A DNA stretch of 24,000 nt from Candidatus Saccharimonadales bacterium (GCA_035479715.1 DATIIK010000003.1:3155-27154), one strand, 5' to 3'. Positions 8,206 through 16,015 are shown, counted from the first letter of the stretch. Numbers and translations: made by a program. The notes: generated by a model from the letters alone, not told the origin.

Positions 8206-8607
8206 ATGAGTGGGGCACAGCAGTCAACAGTTCACACTGCCGAGATTCAAATCTTGGCAATGGAACCAACCGACAGCATCCTCGACCGCCTGGCACGACG
8301 AATATATCTGAGGCAGGTCGACCCCGTACTGCTAGGCCTTGTCGGCACTTCGCGCATCAACATCCGCATCGCCGTCAAATCCGACAGCATGGTGTATGCC
8401 ACTGAAGTCATGGACCACTGCGACGTTCGGGGCCTGCGCATCACGCGGCTCTATCTGAAGATACTGGATTTCTTCCCGGGTGCCTACATCATCGTGGACA
8501 TCGACGAGCAGAACTTCAAACAGCCCGTGCAGCGCTACACCAAGTGCGCCAGCGGTGACCCCGACGAGATCCGTGCGCTCCTGCTTCCGCAGCAGTCTGT
8601 GCAGTAA
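8206..8607 (+). CDS. hypothetical protein A of the orphan cassette (133 aa)
   Basis: Purine-rich SD GAGAGAGGG (8190-8198) lies 7 nt before the ATG at 8206. The overlapping ORFs 8181..8405 (+) and 8332..8727 (-) are Arg/Pro/His-rich and look non-coding. GC3 is about 74% by hand count. An internal Met (MEPTD) is an alternative start. No family recognised. Confidence 0.55.
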   Translation: MSGAQQSTVHTAEIQILAMEPTDSILDRLARRIYLRQVDPVLLGLVGTSRINIRIAVKSDSMVYATEVMDHCDVRGLRITRLYLKILDFFPGAYIIVDIDEQNFKQPVQRYTKCASGDPDEIRALLLPQQSVQ

Positions 8608-8642
8608 AGCCCCCGTAAAGACTACGACCGAAAGGTACAGAG

Positions 8643-9083
8643 ATGGACCCGAAAACCGTACTCTACACGATTCCGCGTACCGGCCACTGCAAGCACAACG
8701 ATCTGCAGACCCTGCTGGAAGCGGCACACGAGCGCAGCGCCTTCGGCTTCGGCGGAAGTCCGCCCCTGGACAGGCTCTACCTCAGCCACGATGACGGTCG
8801 CGGAACCTCTTGGGAGCTGTGCTACCTGGCCACCACGCTGACGCAAGCCGTTGCGCTGTTCCAGTGCACCGGCACTGATCATGACGGCAAGCCCGCTATG
8901 TTCTACGTCGGCGCGATCAAGACGAGCAGCACAACTGATTGGCACCTCACCCAACGGACGGTTATCGGTACCCCCATGCCGGAGTGCGACTACGAAGAGC
9001 TGCCGCTGCTCCCGCAGCTGCATAATCTGCAGTGGCACGGACAGGTGCTCGACCAGCTGGCCGCGAACGCTATCAGCGCCTGA
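8643..9083 (+). CDS. hypothetical protein B of the orphan cassette (146 aa)
   Basis: AAAGG lies 8 nt upstream of the ATG, 35 nt after gene A. The composition is balanced, and GC3 is about 80% by hand count. The antisense ORF 8622..9206 is Arg-rich junk-like. No family recognised. Confidence 0.6.
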   Translation: MDPKTVLYTIPRTGHCKHNDLQTLLEAAHERSAFGFGGSPPLDRLYLSHDDGRGTSWELCYLATTLTQAVALFQCTGTDHDGKPAMFYVGAIKTSSTTDWHLTQRTVIGTPMPECDYEELPLLPQLHNLQWHGQVLDQLAANAISA

Positions 9084-9181
9084 CCACTCTCTCGGTACTA
9101 TCAGTCGACAGAGGTCGTGGGAATGCTTTCGAGTGTCCGTTTCTGGACGCCTCCTTAAGTACATTCTCCCCTCTCTCGACC

Positions 9182-9248
9182 GCACGTTTACGAGTAGGGT
9201 CCTCATATCCAGAATCGTACTGATGAGTCCTAGCAGGACGAAACGTGT
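9182..9248 (+). ncRNA. type III hammerhead self-cleaving ribozyme motif (predicted cleavage after U9188)
   Basis: Read directly: stem III is 9182-9187 GCACGU paired with 9243-9248 ACGUGU. The cleavage triplet is GUU (H17 = U9188). Stem I is 9189-9193 UACGA paired with 9215-9219 UCGUA, with a 21-nt loop. The core CUGAUGA is at 9220-9226. Stem II is GUCCU (9227-9231) / AGGAC (9235-9239) with loop AGC, including the conserved G10.1-C11.1 pair. GAAA follows at 9240-9243. All invariant core positions are present. Confidence 0.85.
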
Positions 9249-9258
9249 TTAAGACAGC

Positions 9259-9289
9259 AAAACACCCCGAGTAAACGGGGTGTTTTATT
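9259..9289. terminator. bidirectional rho-independent terminator (cassette on +, ppa on -)
   Basis: 11-bp stem AAAACACCCCG / CGGGGTGTTTT with a 6-nt loop. A U-run follows on the + strand (UUUUAUU), and the A-run gives a U-run on the minus strand. It lies 16 nt after the ppa stop and 10 nt after the hammerhead. Confidence 0.7.
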
Positions 9290-9304
9290 CTGACAACGGT
9301 TAGC

Positions 9305-9844
9305 TCAAGCTTGCTTCTGGTTGTTCCAGCGCTCAATCGACTCTTTGACGATCGCTTTGGCGGCCTCGATGTCACCCCAGCCTTGCACTACTGTAGTGCC
9401 CGGCTTCTTGAGGTCTTTGTAGTGTGAGAAGTGCTCTGCCATCTTCTGCTTCCAACGCTCACCCATATCATCAAGCGTCTTAATGCTGTCGCCGGTGTTG
9501 CGGTCATCTGCCGGCACTACTACGATCTTGTAGTCTGCCTCGCCGTCATCCACGAAGTTCAGCATACCGATGATGCGGGCCTCAAGCCAGACGCCGGTCG
9601 GAATCGGCGCGTCGCACACAACCAGCGTGTCCAGTTCGTCACCGTCTTCATCAAGTGTCTGCGGAATAAAGCCGTAGTTGACGGGCTTTGCGTAGATACT
9701 CGGCTCGACGCGGTCGATCATGAAGGCGGCACGCCCGCGGTCCCATTCGATCTTCAAAAAGCTGCCCTGGGGAATCTCTACGACCGTGTTCACGGTACCG
9801 TTCTGGTAATCACCAGGTGTCAGGACTTGGTTAAAATCTGCCAC
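9305..9844 (-). CDS. ppa: inorganic pyrophosphatase (family I)
   Basis: VVEIPQGSFLKIEWD and DEDGDELDTLV motifs. The track start (ATG 9916) would overlap the divergent GDPD gene. I prefer GTG at 9844 because a perfect AAGGAG lies 9 nt upstream and the N-terminus then has the usual length. The start choice is an inference. Confidence 0.85.
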   Translation of the reverse strand: MADFNQVLTPGDYQNGTVNTVVEIPQGSFLKIEWDRGRAAFMIDRVEPSIYAKPVNYGFIPQTLDEDGDELDTLVVCDAPIPTGVWLEARIIGMLNFVDDGEADYKIVVVPADDRNTGDSIKTLDDMGERWKQKMAEHFSHYKDLKKPGTTVVQGWGDIEAAKAIVKESIERWNNQKQA

Positions 9845-9898
9845 TATATTGTACTCCTTACTCTGTTTTACTCCCTGATATTGTACACTACTAGTATC

Positions 9899-10579
9899 AT
9901 GAAAATCATCGGCCACCGTGGTGCCAAAGGGCTGGCTCCCGAAAATACCCTGGCCTCATTCAAAAAAGCACTCGAGCACCATGTCGACCAGATAGAATTT
10001 GACCTGCGGGTCACTCGCGACCATATCGTGGTCATCAACCACAACAAAGAGGTCGCCGACCCCGCCGGCACCAAACTACTCATCCGTGCAAGTACGCTAG
10101 AGCAGTTACGCAGGCACAAGCCGGACCTTATGACGTTCCAGGAATTCTTGGACGTCATCGACCACCGTGCGCACCTCCTCGTCGAAATCAAGCCTGGCGA
10201 GCCAACCAAGCAGATCATCGCCATGCTCAAAGAAGACATCGGCCGAGGAAGGCCAGCGGAGAACATATCCGTGGGATCATTTAGCCAGTCTATCCTGCGA
10301 CAGATTCACACGGCACTACCCCGGCTGGAGCTGGTCGTGATCGAGCACTGGTCGGGTATGTACGCCACCTGGCGCGCACGCCGCCTGGGCGCACGCCGTA
10401 TCAATATGCGCTCATGGTGGCTGTGGCGCGGCTTCCTACGGGCCATGCACCGGCGCGGGTACCAGATATCGCCCTACACCATGAATAGTGAACACAACCG
10501 CCGGCGCCTGCAGAAATGGCGACCGTACATCTACGGTGTCATCACCGACTACCCCGACCGCTTTAAGCGTCTGCGATGA
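9899..10579 (+). CDS. glycerophosphodiester phosphodiesterase (GDPD family)
   Basis: MKIIGHRGAKGLAPENTLASF is the canonical GDPD N-terminus (HRG...PENT), followed by EFDLRVTRD. The track ORF from 9431 is an antisense read-through extension across ppa. No clear SD precedes 9899. Confidence 0.85.
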   Translation: MKIIGHRGAKGLAPENTLASFKKALEHHVDQIEFDLRVTRDHIVVINHNKEVADPAGTKLLIRASTLEQLRRHKPDLMTFQEFLDVIDHRAHLLVEIKPGEPTKQIIAMLKEDIGRGRPAENISVGSFSQSILRQIHTALPRLELVVIEHWSGMYATWRARRLGARRINMRSWWLWRGFLRAMHRRGYQISPYTMNSEHNRRRLQKWRPYIYGVITDYPDRFKRLR

Positions 10580-10591
10580 TACACTGATTGC

Positions 10592-11263
10592 ATGCGCGTG
10601 AGATTTACGCATAAGGAAGAGCTTGTTCCCAGTATCTGGCAGTATTTTTTTGTACCCGAGCGGCCGGTAGATTTCATACCGGGACAATATACCAGTTTCC
10701 ATATGACACGCCCGCTGGATGACCCCCGCGGCCAGAGCCGTGTCTTTTCGTTCACCTCACTCCCCTCCGACGAACATGTCAGTTTCGTTGCCAAGTTCGT
10801 GCCGCCACTCAGCCCTTATAAACAAGCCCTGCAGGCACTGCAGCCCGATGATGAACTGTGGGTCGAGGACGCCATGGGTGACCTAGTATTACCCAAGCTC
10901 ACTAGCGTGCCCTTAGTATTCATCGCCGGTGGCATCGGCCTGGCATCGTATATCAGTATGCTGCGGCAGCTTCTGACAGACCGCGAGGAGCGGCAGATAT
11001 TCCTGTTCTATGCCGTACGTAACCAAGCTGAGCAGATCTTCACCGATGTTTTAGGTGCCTACCCCCTAGCACTCAAGCACATCACCATCACACCCCACCG
11101 ATTGACCGCTGATGAGATAGTCGGATCGGTACCGCCGGATACATTCTATTACCTATCGGGCAGCCAGAGGTTTGTCGAAGGATTGCAGGCTGATTTTGAG
11201 CAAGTGGGCATCCCGCGCGAACGGATCGTGTTTGATTATTTTGACGGCTACACCGAACTCTAA
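10592..11263 (+). CDS. FNR-like FAD/NAD(P)-binding oxidoreductase
   Basis: 223 aa with an RVFSFTS (R-x-Y/F-S FAD-binding) motif and a GGIGLAS NAD(P)-binding motif typical of ferredoxin-reductase-type domains. Physiological partner unknown. Confidence 0.75.
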   Translation: MRVRFTHKEELVPSIWQYFFVPERPVDFIPGQYTSFHMTRPLDDPRGQSRVFSFTSLPSDEHVSFVAKFVPPLSPYKQALQALQPDDELWVEDAMGDLVLPKLTSVPLVFIAGGIGLASYISMLRQLLTDREERQIFLFYAVRNQAEQIFTDVLGAYPLALKHITITPHRLTADEIVGSVPPDTFYYLSGSQRFVEGLQADFEQVGIPRERIVFDYFDGYTEL

Positions 11264-11290
11264 AAAGGCGCCGCTTATGAACGCCTTTTT
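11262..11290. terminator. candidate bidirectional terminator between convergent genes
   Basis: AAAAAGGCG (11262-11270) / CGCCTTTTT (11282-11290) with an 11-nt loop. The GC core is short (4 bp), so it is weak. Confidence 0.4.
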
Positions 11291-11304
11291 GGTTTTGCTG
11301 CTTG

Positions 11305-12264
11305 TTAGTTCTGGATGGGGTGGTGCCGGCCTTCGAGATACTCGCGGATCTTGAGTGCTGCCGTGGCGCCTTCGCCGGCCGCGCTGGCAATCTGCATAGT
11401 GGCACAGCTGCGGATATCACCCGCTACAAATACGCCCTTCATGTTGGTCTGAAGGTTCTCGTCGCTCTTTACCAGATGGATGTGGTCCAGCTCGATGCCG
11501 CTGCCTTCCAGGAATTCGCTGTTCGGCTTGAGCCCCACGAATACGAAGACGCCATCAGTTGGGAATTCGACCTTTTTGCCGTCATGGGTACCCACCACTT
11601 TAGTAACTGAGCTGTTCTCGCCCGCTATCTCATCAGTAGTTACACCCAGGTGGACGGTCACTTTGCCTTCATCGACGTACTTTTGCAGATCGTGCTGCAA
11701 TACATCGCTAGCCTTGATAGTGCTGCGCACCAGCAGGTCTATGTGCGTGGCAAAACGGGTCAGGAACATTGCCTCCTGGATAGCGCTGTTGCCGCCACCG
11801 ACCACGACCAGCCGCTTGTCACGGTAAAAAGCGCCGTCGCAGGTAGCGCAGTAGTGGACACCGCGGGCGTAATATTCCTGCTCGCCCGGTACGCCAATTT
11901 TCTTATAATCACTGCCGGTTGCAATCAGGACAGCCTTGGCTCGCATGTCTCCGCTGGTAGTCTCCAGCCGTTTCCAAGCGCCTTCGTCATGGATCTTGAG
12001 CACCTCGCCTAGTTCTATCTCGGCGCCGAACCGTTCAGCCTGCTTCTGCAGGTTGCCAGCCAGTTCCAGTCCAGCGATGCCCTCGGGGAAACCCGGATAG
12101 TTATCAACCCAGTCGGTCACTGCCGCCAAGCCGCCAGGCACGCCTCGCTCGAACAGCAGTGTGTCGATGTCCTCACGCGTGGTATATATAGCTGCACTGA
12201 GCGCCGCTGGGCCTGCACCGATAATAATCACGTCATGTTCTGGAACGGCTGCCGTCTCGGCCAT
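11305..12264 (-). CDS. trxB: thioredoxin-disulfide reductase
   Basis: GAGPAALSAA FAD motif, redox-active CATCDG and GGGNSAIQEA NADPH motif. The start is moved to ATG 12264 (MAETAAV...) because AAGGGAGAG lies 5 nt upstream. The track start at 12321 has no SD. Confidence 0.9.
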   Translation of the reverse strand: MAETAAVPEHDVIIIGAGPAALSAAIYTTREDIDTLLFERGVPGGLAAVTDWVDNYPGFPEGIAGLELAGNLQKQAERFGAEIELGEVLKIHDEGAWKRLETTSGDMRAKAVLIATGSDYKKIGVPGEQEYYARGVHYCATCDGAFYRDKRLVVVGGGNSAIQEAMFLTRFATHIDLLVRSTIKASDVLQHDLQKYVDEGKVTVHLGVTTDEIAGENSSVTKVVGTHDGKKVEFPTDGVFVFVGLKPNSEFLEGSGIELDHIHLVKSDENLQTNMKGVFVAGDIRSCATMQIASAAGEGATAALKIREYLEGRHHPIQN

Positions 12265-12363
12265 ATACTCTCCCTTATTTCCTCTGTTGATGCAGAATGC
12301 TCCGTACAGTTCCCGGAGCATTCCTAACTTGTTCTATTGTAGCAAAATTTTGAGCTGGAGGCC

Positions 12364-12612
12364 TCAAGCGATTGCTGGTGCCAGCTTGGCCAGGTTGTAG
12401 CCTACCACCACTTCCCTGGTGTCGTCGTGCTTTGTCACCACCGTTACTGGTACGGTCAGGGCACCCGAGAGAGCTAAAGCTTCTTGCTGGCGCTCAGGGT
12501 TCTGGTCAAGGTTCACCTCGTCGTACTCAAAGCCTTTTGCGCCCAGGTATTTCTTGACCATCGGGCAATACGCACAAGTAGTTGTCGTGAAGATAGTGAT
12601 GTTCTTGACCAT
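12364..12612 (-). CDS. glutaredoxin-like protein (NrdH/YruB-like)
   Basis: 82 aa with a thioredoxin fold, an N-terminal CAYC redox motif and a TVPV cis-Pro region. AGGAGG lies upstream. Confidence 0.8.
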   Translation of the reverse strand: MVKNITIFTTTTCAYCPMVKKYLGAKGFEYDEVNLDQNPERQQEALALSGALTVPVTVVTKHDDTREVVVGYNLAKLAPAIA

Positions 12613-12698
12613 AATAATGAACCCTCCTGATTATGTCTGATTTTTGTAAGGCTCCCCCGAGTGTTTATTTTAACCCTGCTCAGAAAGTCGTATATATC

Positions 12699-12728
12699 AG
12701 TATATTCTAGCGTAAGCGTAACCGTCAA
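12699..12728 (-). promoter_or_regulatory. candidate promoter of the glutaredoxin-like/trxB unit (TTGACG-18 nt-TATACT)
   Basis: The minus strand reads TTGACG (12728-12723), an 18-nt spacer, then TATACT (12704-12699). Sequence-only prediction. Confidence 0.45.
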
Positions 12729-12792
12729 GGGCGCTACATGTAGTGTTTTTTAATACGTTCGGGGCAATTTTGTGCACAACGTCGTCGTAAGG

Positions 12793-13158
12793 CTACTTGC
12801 CTTCGATAGCGACCAACTCGATGTCGAACACCAGGTCTGCATTGGCTGGAATACCCGAGCCGTACGGTGGACGGTCGCCATATGCCTGAGCGGCGGGAAT
12901 CAACAGGCGGCGGGTACCACCGATCTTCATGCCAGGCACGCCCTGTGTCCAACCGGCGATAACACCGTTCAACGGAAAGCTGATCGCCTTGCCGAAATCA
13001 TGCGAGCTCTGGAACACTTCGCCGGTCTTAGCAATGGCGCCCGTGTAGTGACACGTAACCGTATCAGTAGGCGCTACGACCGCGCCGGTACCCTCCACAC
13101 GATCTTCTATTTTTAATTCCGGGACGGTATCAACAGGGGTAAAATCTTGCATGGTCAT
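12793..13158 (-). CDS. FKBP-type peptidyl-prolyl cis-trans isomerase (cytoplasmic)
   Basis: 121 aa with the FKBP domain pattern VTCHYTG...FDSS-like...GVIAGW...MKIGGTRRLLIP...AYG...IPANADLVFDIELV. Confidence 0.9.
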   Translation of the reverse strand: MTMQDFTPVDTVPELKIEDRVEGTGAVVAPTDTVTCHYTGAIAKTGEVFQSSHDFGKAISFPLNGVIAGWTQGVPGMKIGGTRRLLIPAAQAYGDRPPYGSGIPANADLVFDIELVAIEGK

Positions 13159-13164
13159 GTCTCC

Positions 13165-13695
13165 TTATTTTTGGATCCTGAGTAATTTCACGACGAACAC
13201 CAGGTCTGCGTTTGGCGGGATACTACCCTGCCCTTGGTTGCCGTAGCCGAGGGCGGCAGGGATGACCAGGCGCCGCACACTGCCGACTTTCATACCGGCC
13301 AGCCCTTGATCCCAACCACTGATGACCTGGCCTTGGCCAAGTTTAAAGGCAAAGGCCGTCGTGTCGGTGAAGTTTTCGTCAAACTTGGTACCGTCGCTCG
13401 CCAGCGTACCGTAATATTTCATCACCAGACAGTCGCCGTCCTTGGCGCTAGCGCCGCTGCCCTGCTGCAAGTCGGTCTTCTGTAGCTGTGTAACAGCTCC
13501 GTCGGACTTGTAGATTTCGGGGACAGCCAGGGTCGGTTCAGTCTGACTATCGGTACAGGCCTGTTGTGAGCTTTGCGTATCCGTGGATGGCTTGTCGCCG
13601 CCCTGCATCAGGGCAAAAACCGTTACTGCGCAGGCACTTCCCAAAAACAGAACCGCACCGGCCCCAGCAAAAATTCGTTCACGCATTCGCGCCAT
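13165..13695 (-). CDS. FKBP-type peptidyl-prolyl isomerase with N-terminal signal/anchor
   Basis: 176 aa with a hydrophobic N-terminus (IFAGAGAVLFLGSACAVTVFAL) followed by an FKBP domain (VISGWDQGLAGMKVGSVRRLVIP...IPPNADLVFVVKLL). GGGAGAG SD upstream. Confidence 0.85.
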   Translation of the reverse strand: MARMRERIFAGAGAVLFLGSACAVTVFALMQGGDKPSTDTQSSQQACTDSQTEPTLAVPEIYKSDGAVTQLQKTDLQQGSGASAKDGDCLVMKYYGTLASDGTKFDENFTDTTAFAFKLGQGQVISGWDQGLAGMKVGSVRRLVIPAALGYGNQGQGSIPPNADLVFVVKLLRIQK

Positions 13696-13741
13696 AGTCT
13701 ATACTCTCCCGTTAATCCCTTAATAGTGCCATAAAGCCCCC

Positions 13742-14182
13742 TTAGCAGGCAAGCTGCCGTACCGATTCTGAAAAGCCGTGTTCCATGTCATGTACCAATT
13801 GCTTACGGACCGGCTCCCACACTAGGAAGGGCGCACGTGCCAGATCGCTCAGCGGCACCCAGCGGGGCAAGAACTTATTATCCGGCCGTGCTTGGGCTTC
13901 GGGTGCATCGGGTGGCAAGTGCGCTTCACCCGAGACGTAGTTACACAGAAATATATGACTCTGGTTACCATCGGCCAGTGTTAAAAAGTACAGTTTGCGA
14001 ACCGGCCGAACCACACAGCCAGTCTCTTCGGCCAGTTCCCGTACCACCGTCTGCTCCGGCGTTTCACCCGCCTCGATGCCCCCTCCCGGGACCGAAAAAT
14101 AATGCAGGCCATCCCGCCAGCGCTCTATAAGCAAGAGCTCGTCGTCCCTGATGATAATTCCACGGGCGCTGACACGTGGCAT
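13742..14182 (-). CDS. NUDIX hydrolase
   Basis: Nudix box GGGIEAGETPEQTVVRELAEETG is present. The start lies 3 nt after the ABC exporter stop. Confidence 0.85.
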   Translation of the reverse strand: MPRVSARGIIIRDDELLLIERWRDGLHYFSVPGGGIEAGETPEQTVVRELAEETGCVVRPVRKLYFLTLADGNQSHIFLCNYVSGEAHLPPDAPEAQARPDNKFLPRWVPLSDLARAPFLVWEPVRKQLVHDMEHGFSESVRQLAC

Positions 14183-14185
14183 GTA

Positions 14186-16015
14186 CTATTCTCCCGCCAT
14201 TTCGAACTGCTGCAGCTTCTTCTTGCCGGCTTCGCTATGGGTCTGCTGCAAGGCCAGCAGCTGCGAGTAGATGCCGCCGCTCGCCGCCAACTCATGGGGT
14301 GAGCCGGTCTCGCCGACCTTGCCACCTACAAGGGTGACGATAGTGTCGACTGTCTGGATCGTGCTGAGGCGGTGGGCGATGATGAGCGTCGTACGGCCTT
14401 TCATCAGGCGTTCGAGCGCCTGCTGTACCAGGCGCTCGCTCTTGGTGTCTAAGCTGCTGGTGGCTTCATCCAGGATCAGGATAGGTGCATCCTTGAGTAG
14501 TGCCCGGGCTATGGCGATACGCTGTTTCTGGCCACCGCTGAGTTTGAGTCCGCGCTCACCGATTTCGCTGTCGTAACCTTTTTCGAACCCACTGATAAAT
14601 TCATGGGCATTTGCCGCTTTTGCGGCGGCCACTACATCTTCCTGGCTGGCATCAGGCCGGCCATAGGCGATGTTCTCGTGGATTGTCCCGCTGAACAGCG
14701 CCGGCTCCTGGAACACCACCGCAATATTCTGACGCAATGACGCCTGCTGCACATCATTGATATTTTGGCCATCAATGGTAATGGCGCCACTGTTTACTTC
14801 GTACAATCTGAGCAGCAGGCTGGTGATGGTGGTCTTGCCTTGTCCGCTTTCTCCTACCAGGGCCAGCTTGCTGTCAGACTTGATGGCAAACGACACGTCC
14901 TGGAGCACCGGCGTGCCCGGCTCGTAGCCGAAGTCCACGCCCGAGAAAACGATTGCGCCTTTGGTAATCCTGATCGGCTTGGCGCCCGTATGGTCACGGA
15001 TCTCCGGCTCCTCGTCCATGACTGCAAAATAGTCGCGGCTATTGGCGATAGCCCGTTGGGTTTGTCCCACCAGAAAACTGATACTGAAGAGTGGGATACG
15101 GATCAGCTGCACATACTGGATAAGTAGCACCATAGTACCGATACTGTAACGGCCCCGGGCGGTCTGGATGAAGATGAAAGCATAGAGGGCAAAGTTGATC
15201 ACTGCCAGTACGGTACGGCGTAGCACATCATGCCAGTGCCAGTGCTTGCTCTGTGGGCTGGTAGTTCTGACAATGCGGCGGTAGAGCGCGTCGAACAGCC
15301 GCAGTTCAAACGCTTCCTGTACAAAGCTTTTGACCACCCGGACCTGTGAAACACTCTCCGCAAAACGACCGCTGGCAATATCGCTATCACTGTTGATTTC
15401 CTTTTGGTAGGCCTGCCACTTTTCGTTGCTGAGCGTAGTGAGCCAGATATAGATCGGATACAGGCTGAGCAGAATCAGCGCTACGACCCACGAGTAATAT
15501 GCCACGATGATGAGCGTGAACACCGTGCTGAACAAGAACTGCAAAAAATTGTTGCTGAGCACCTGGGTATAGGTGGCAATCTGACCGATACCACGGTTCA
15601 TGCGGTTGATGATAGTGCCCGTGAGCTCAGTGTCGAAATAGCGCTGCGGCAAGCTCATGACGTGCTGGTAGTACCGATTGCTAAGCAAGCGCTGCTGCTT
15701 AGCGCTGAGCATATCACCGATGTAGCCGCCAACATTACTAAACAGATTCTGACCCATATCCACCGCAAAGATAAGTATGGCAAACACGGCTACCCTCGTG
15801 ACGTCCACATGGCCGCCAGCAGCAGCTTTGCCAATCTCATCGATAGCGGCCTTGGTCAGCAGCGGAATCACCTGTGACATACCGGCAACCAAGATGGTGA
15901 ATACCGAGATACCTAGGTAGTAGCGCCACAAACTGCCCGTAAAGCGCATGATGCGCCAGATACTCTTCATACCCCTATTGTATCGTATGGATTCTCCGCA
16001 GACCACCATCAGCAC
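14186..16015 (-). CDS. ABC transporter, fused permease/ATPase (exporter type)
   Basis: Six-TM-type N-terminal half followed by Walker A GESGQGKTT, signature LSGGQKQRIAIARAL and Walker B ILILDEATS. An alternative start at ATG 15970 (MKSIWRIMRF) is plausible, and neither start has a strong SD. Confidence 0.9.
   Translation of the reverse strand: MLMVVCGESIRYNRGMKSIWRIMRFTGSLWRYYLGISVFTILVAGMSQVIPLLTKAAIDEIGKAAAGGHVDVTRVAVFAILIFAVDMGQNLFSNVGGYIGDMLSAKQQRLLSNRYYQHVMSLPQRYFDTELTGTIINRMNRGIGQIATYTQVLSNNFLQFLFSTVFTLIIVAYYSWVVALILLSLYPIYIWLTTLSNEKWQAYQKEINSDSDIASGRFAESVSQVRVVKSFVQEAFELRLFDALYRRIVRTTSPQSKHWHWHDVLRRTVLAVINFALYAFIFIQTARGRYSIGTMVLLIQYVQLIRIPLFSISFLVGQTQRAIANSRDYFAVMDEEPEIRDHTGAKPIRITKGAIVFSGVDFGYEPGTPVLQDVSFAIKSDSKLALVGESGQGKTTITSLLLRLYEVNSGAITIDGQNINDVQQASLRQNIAVVFQEPALFSGTIHENIAYGRPDASQEDVVAAAKAANAHEFISGFEKGYDSEIGERGLKLSGGQKQRIAIARALLKDAPILILDEATSSLDTKSERLVQQALERLMKGRTTLIIAHRLSTIQTVDTIVTLVGGKVGETGSPHELAASGGIYSQLLALQQTHSEAGKKKLQQFEMAGE

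Noticed and set aside
8622-9206. 194-aa minus ORF (and 8332..8727 minus) across the orphan cassette
   Set aside because: The translations are strongly Arg-rich and low-complexity with no SD, and one would run through the hammerhead region. The + strand frames have SDs, balanced composition and higher GC3.
9431-9898. N-terminal 156-codon extension of the GDPD ORF
   Set aside because: The extension runs antisense through ppa and has junk-like composition. The canonical GDPD N-terminus MKIIGHRG begins at 9899.
11109-11115. Other CTGATGA / TCATCAG occurrences (for example 11109, 226-232, 5050, 6530, 14410, 11630) as additional hammerhead cores
   Set aside because: All lie inside well-supported CDSs. 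None is followed by a closed stem II plus GAAA and matching stems I and III. Only the 9182-9248 site satisfies the full consensus, so there is no paired second ribozyme flanking the cassette.
12734-12751. Palindrome CTACATGTAG followed by a T-run as a + strand terminator
   Set aside because: As a hairpin it gives only 3-4 bp, and no + strand gene ends upstream of it. It is more likely incidental sequence in the glutaredoxin-like gene promoter region.
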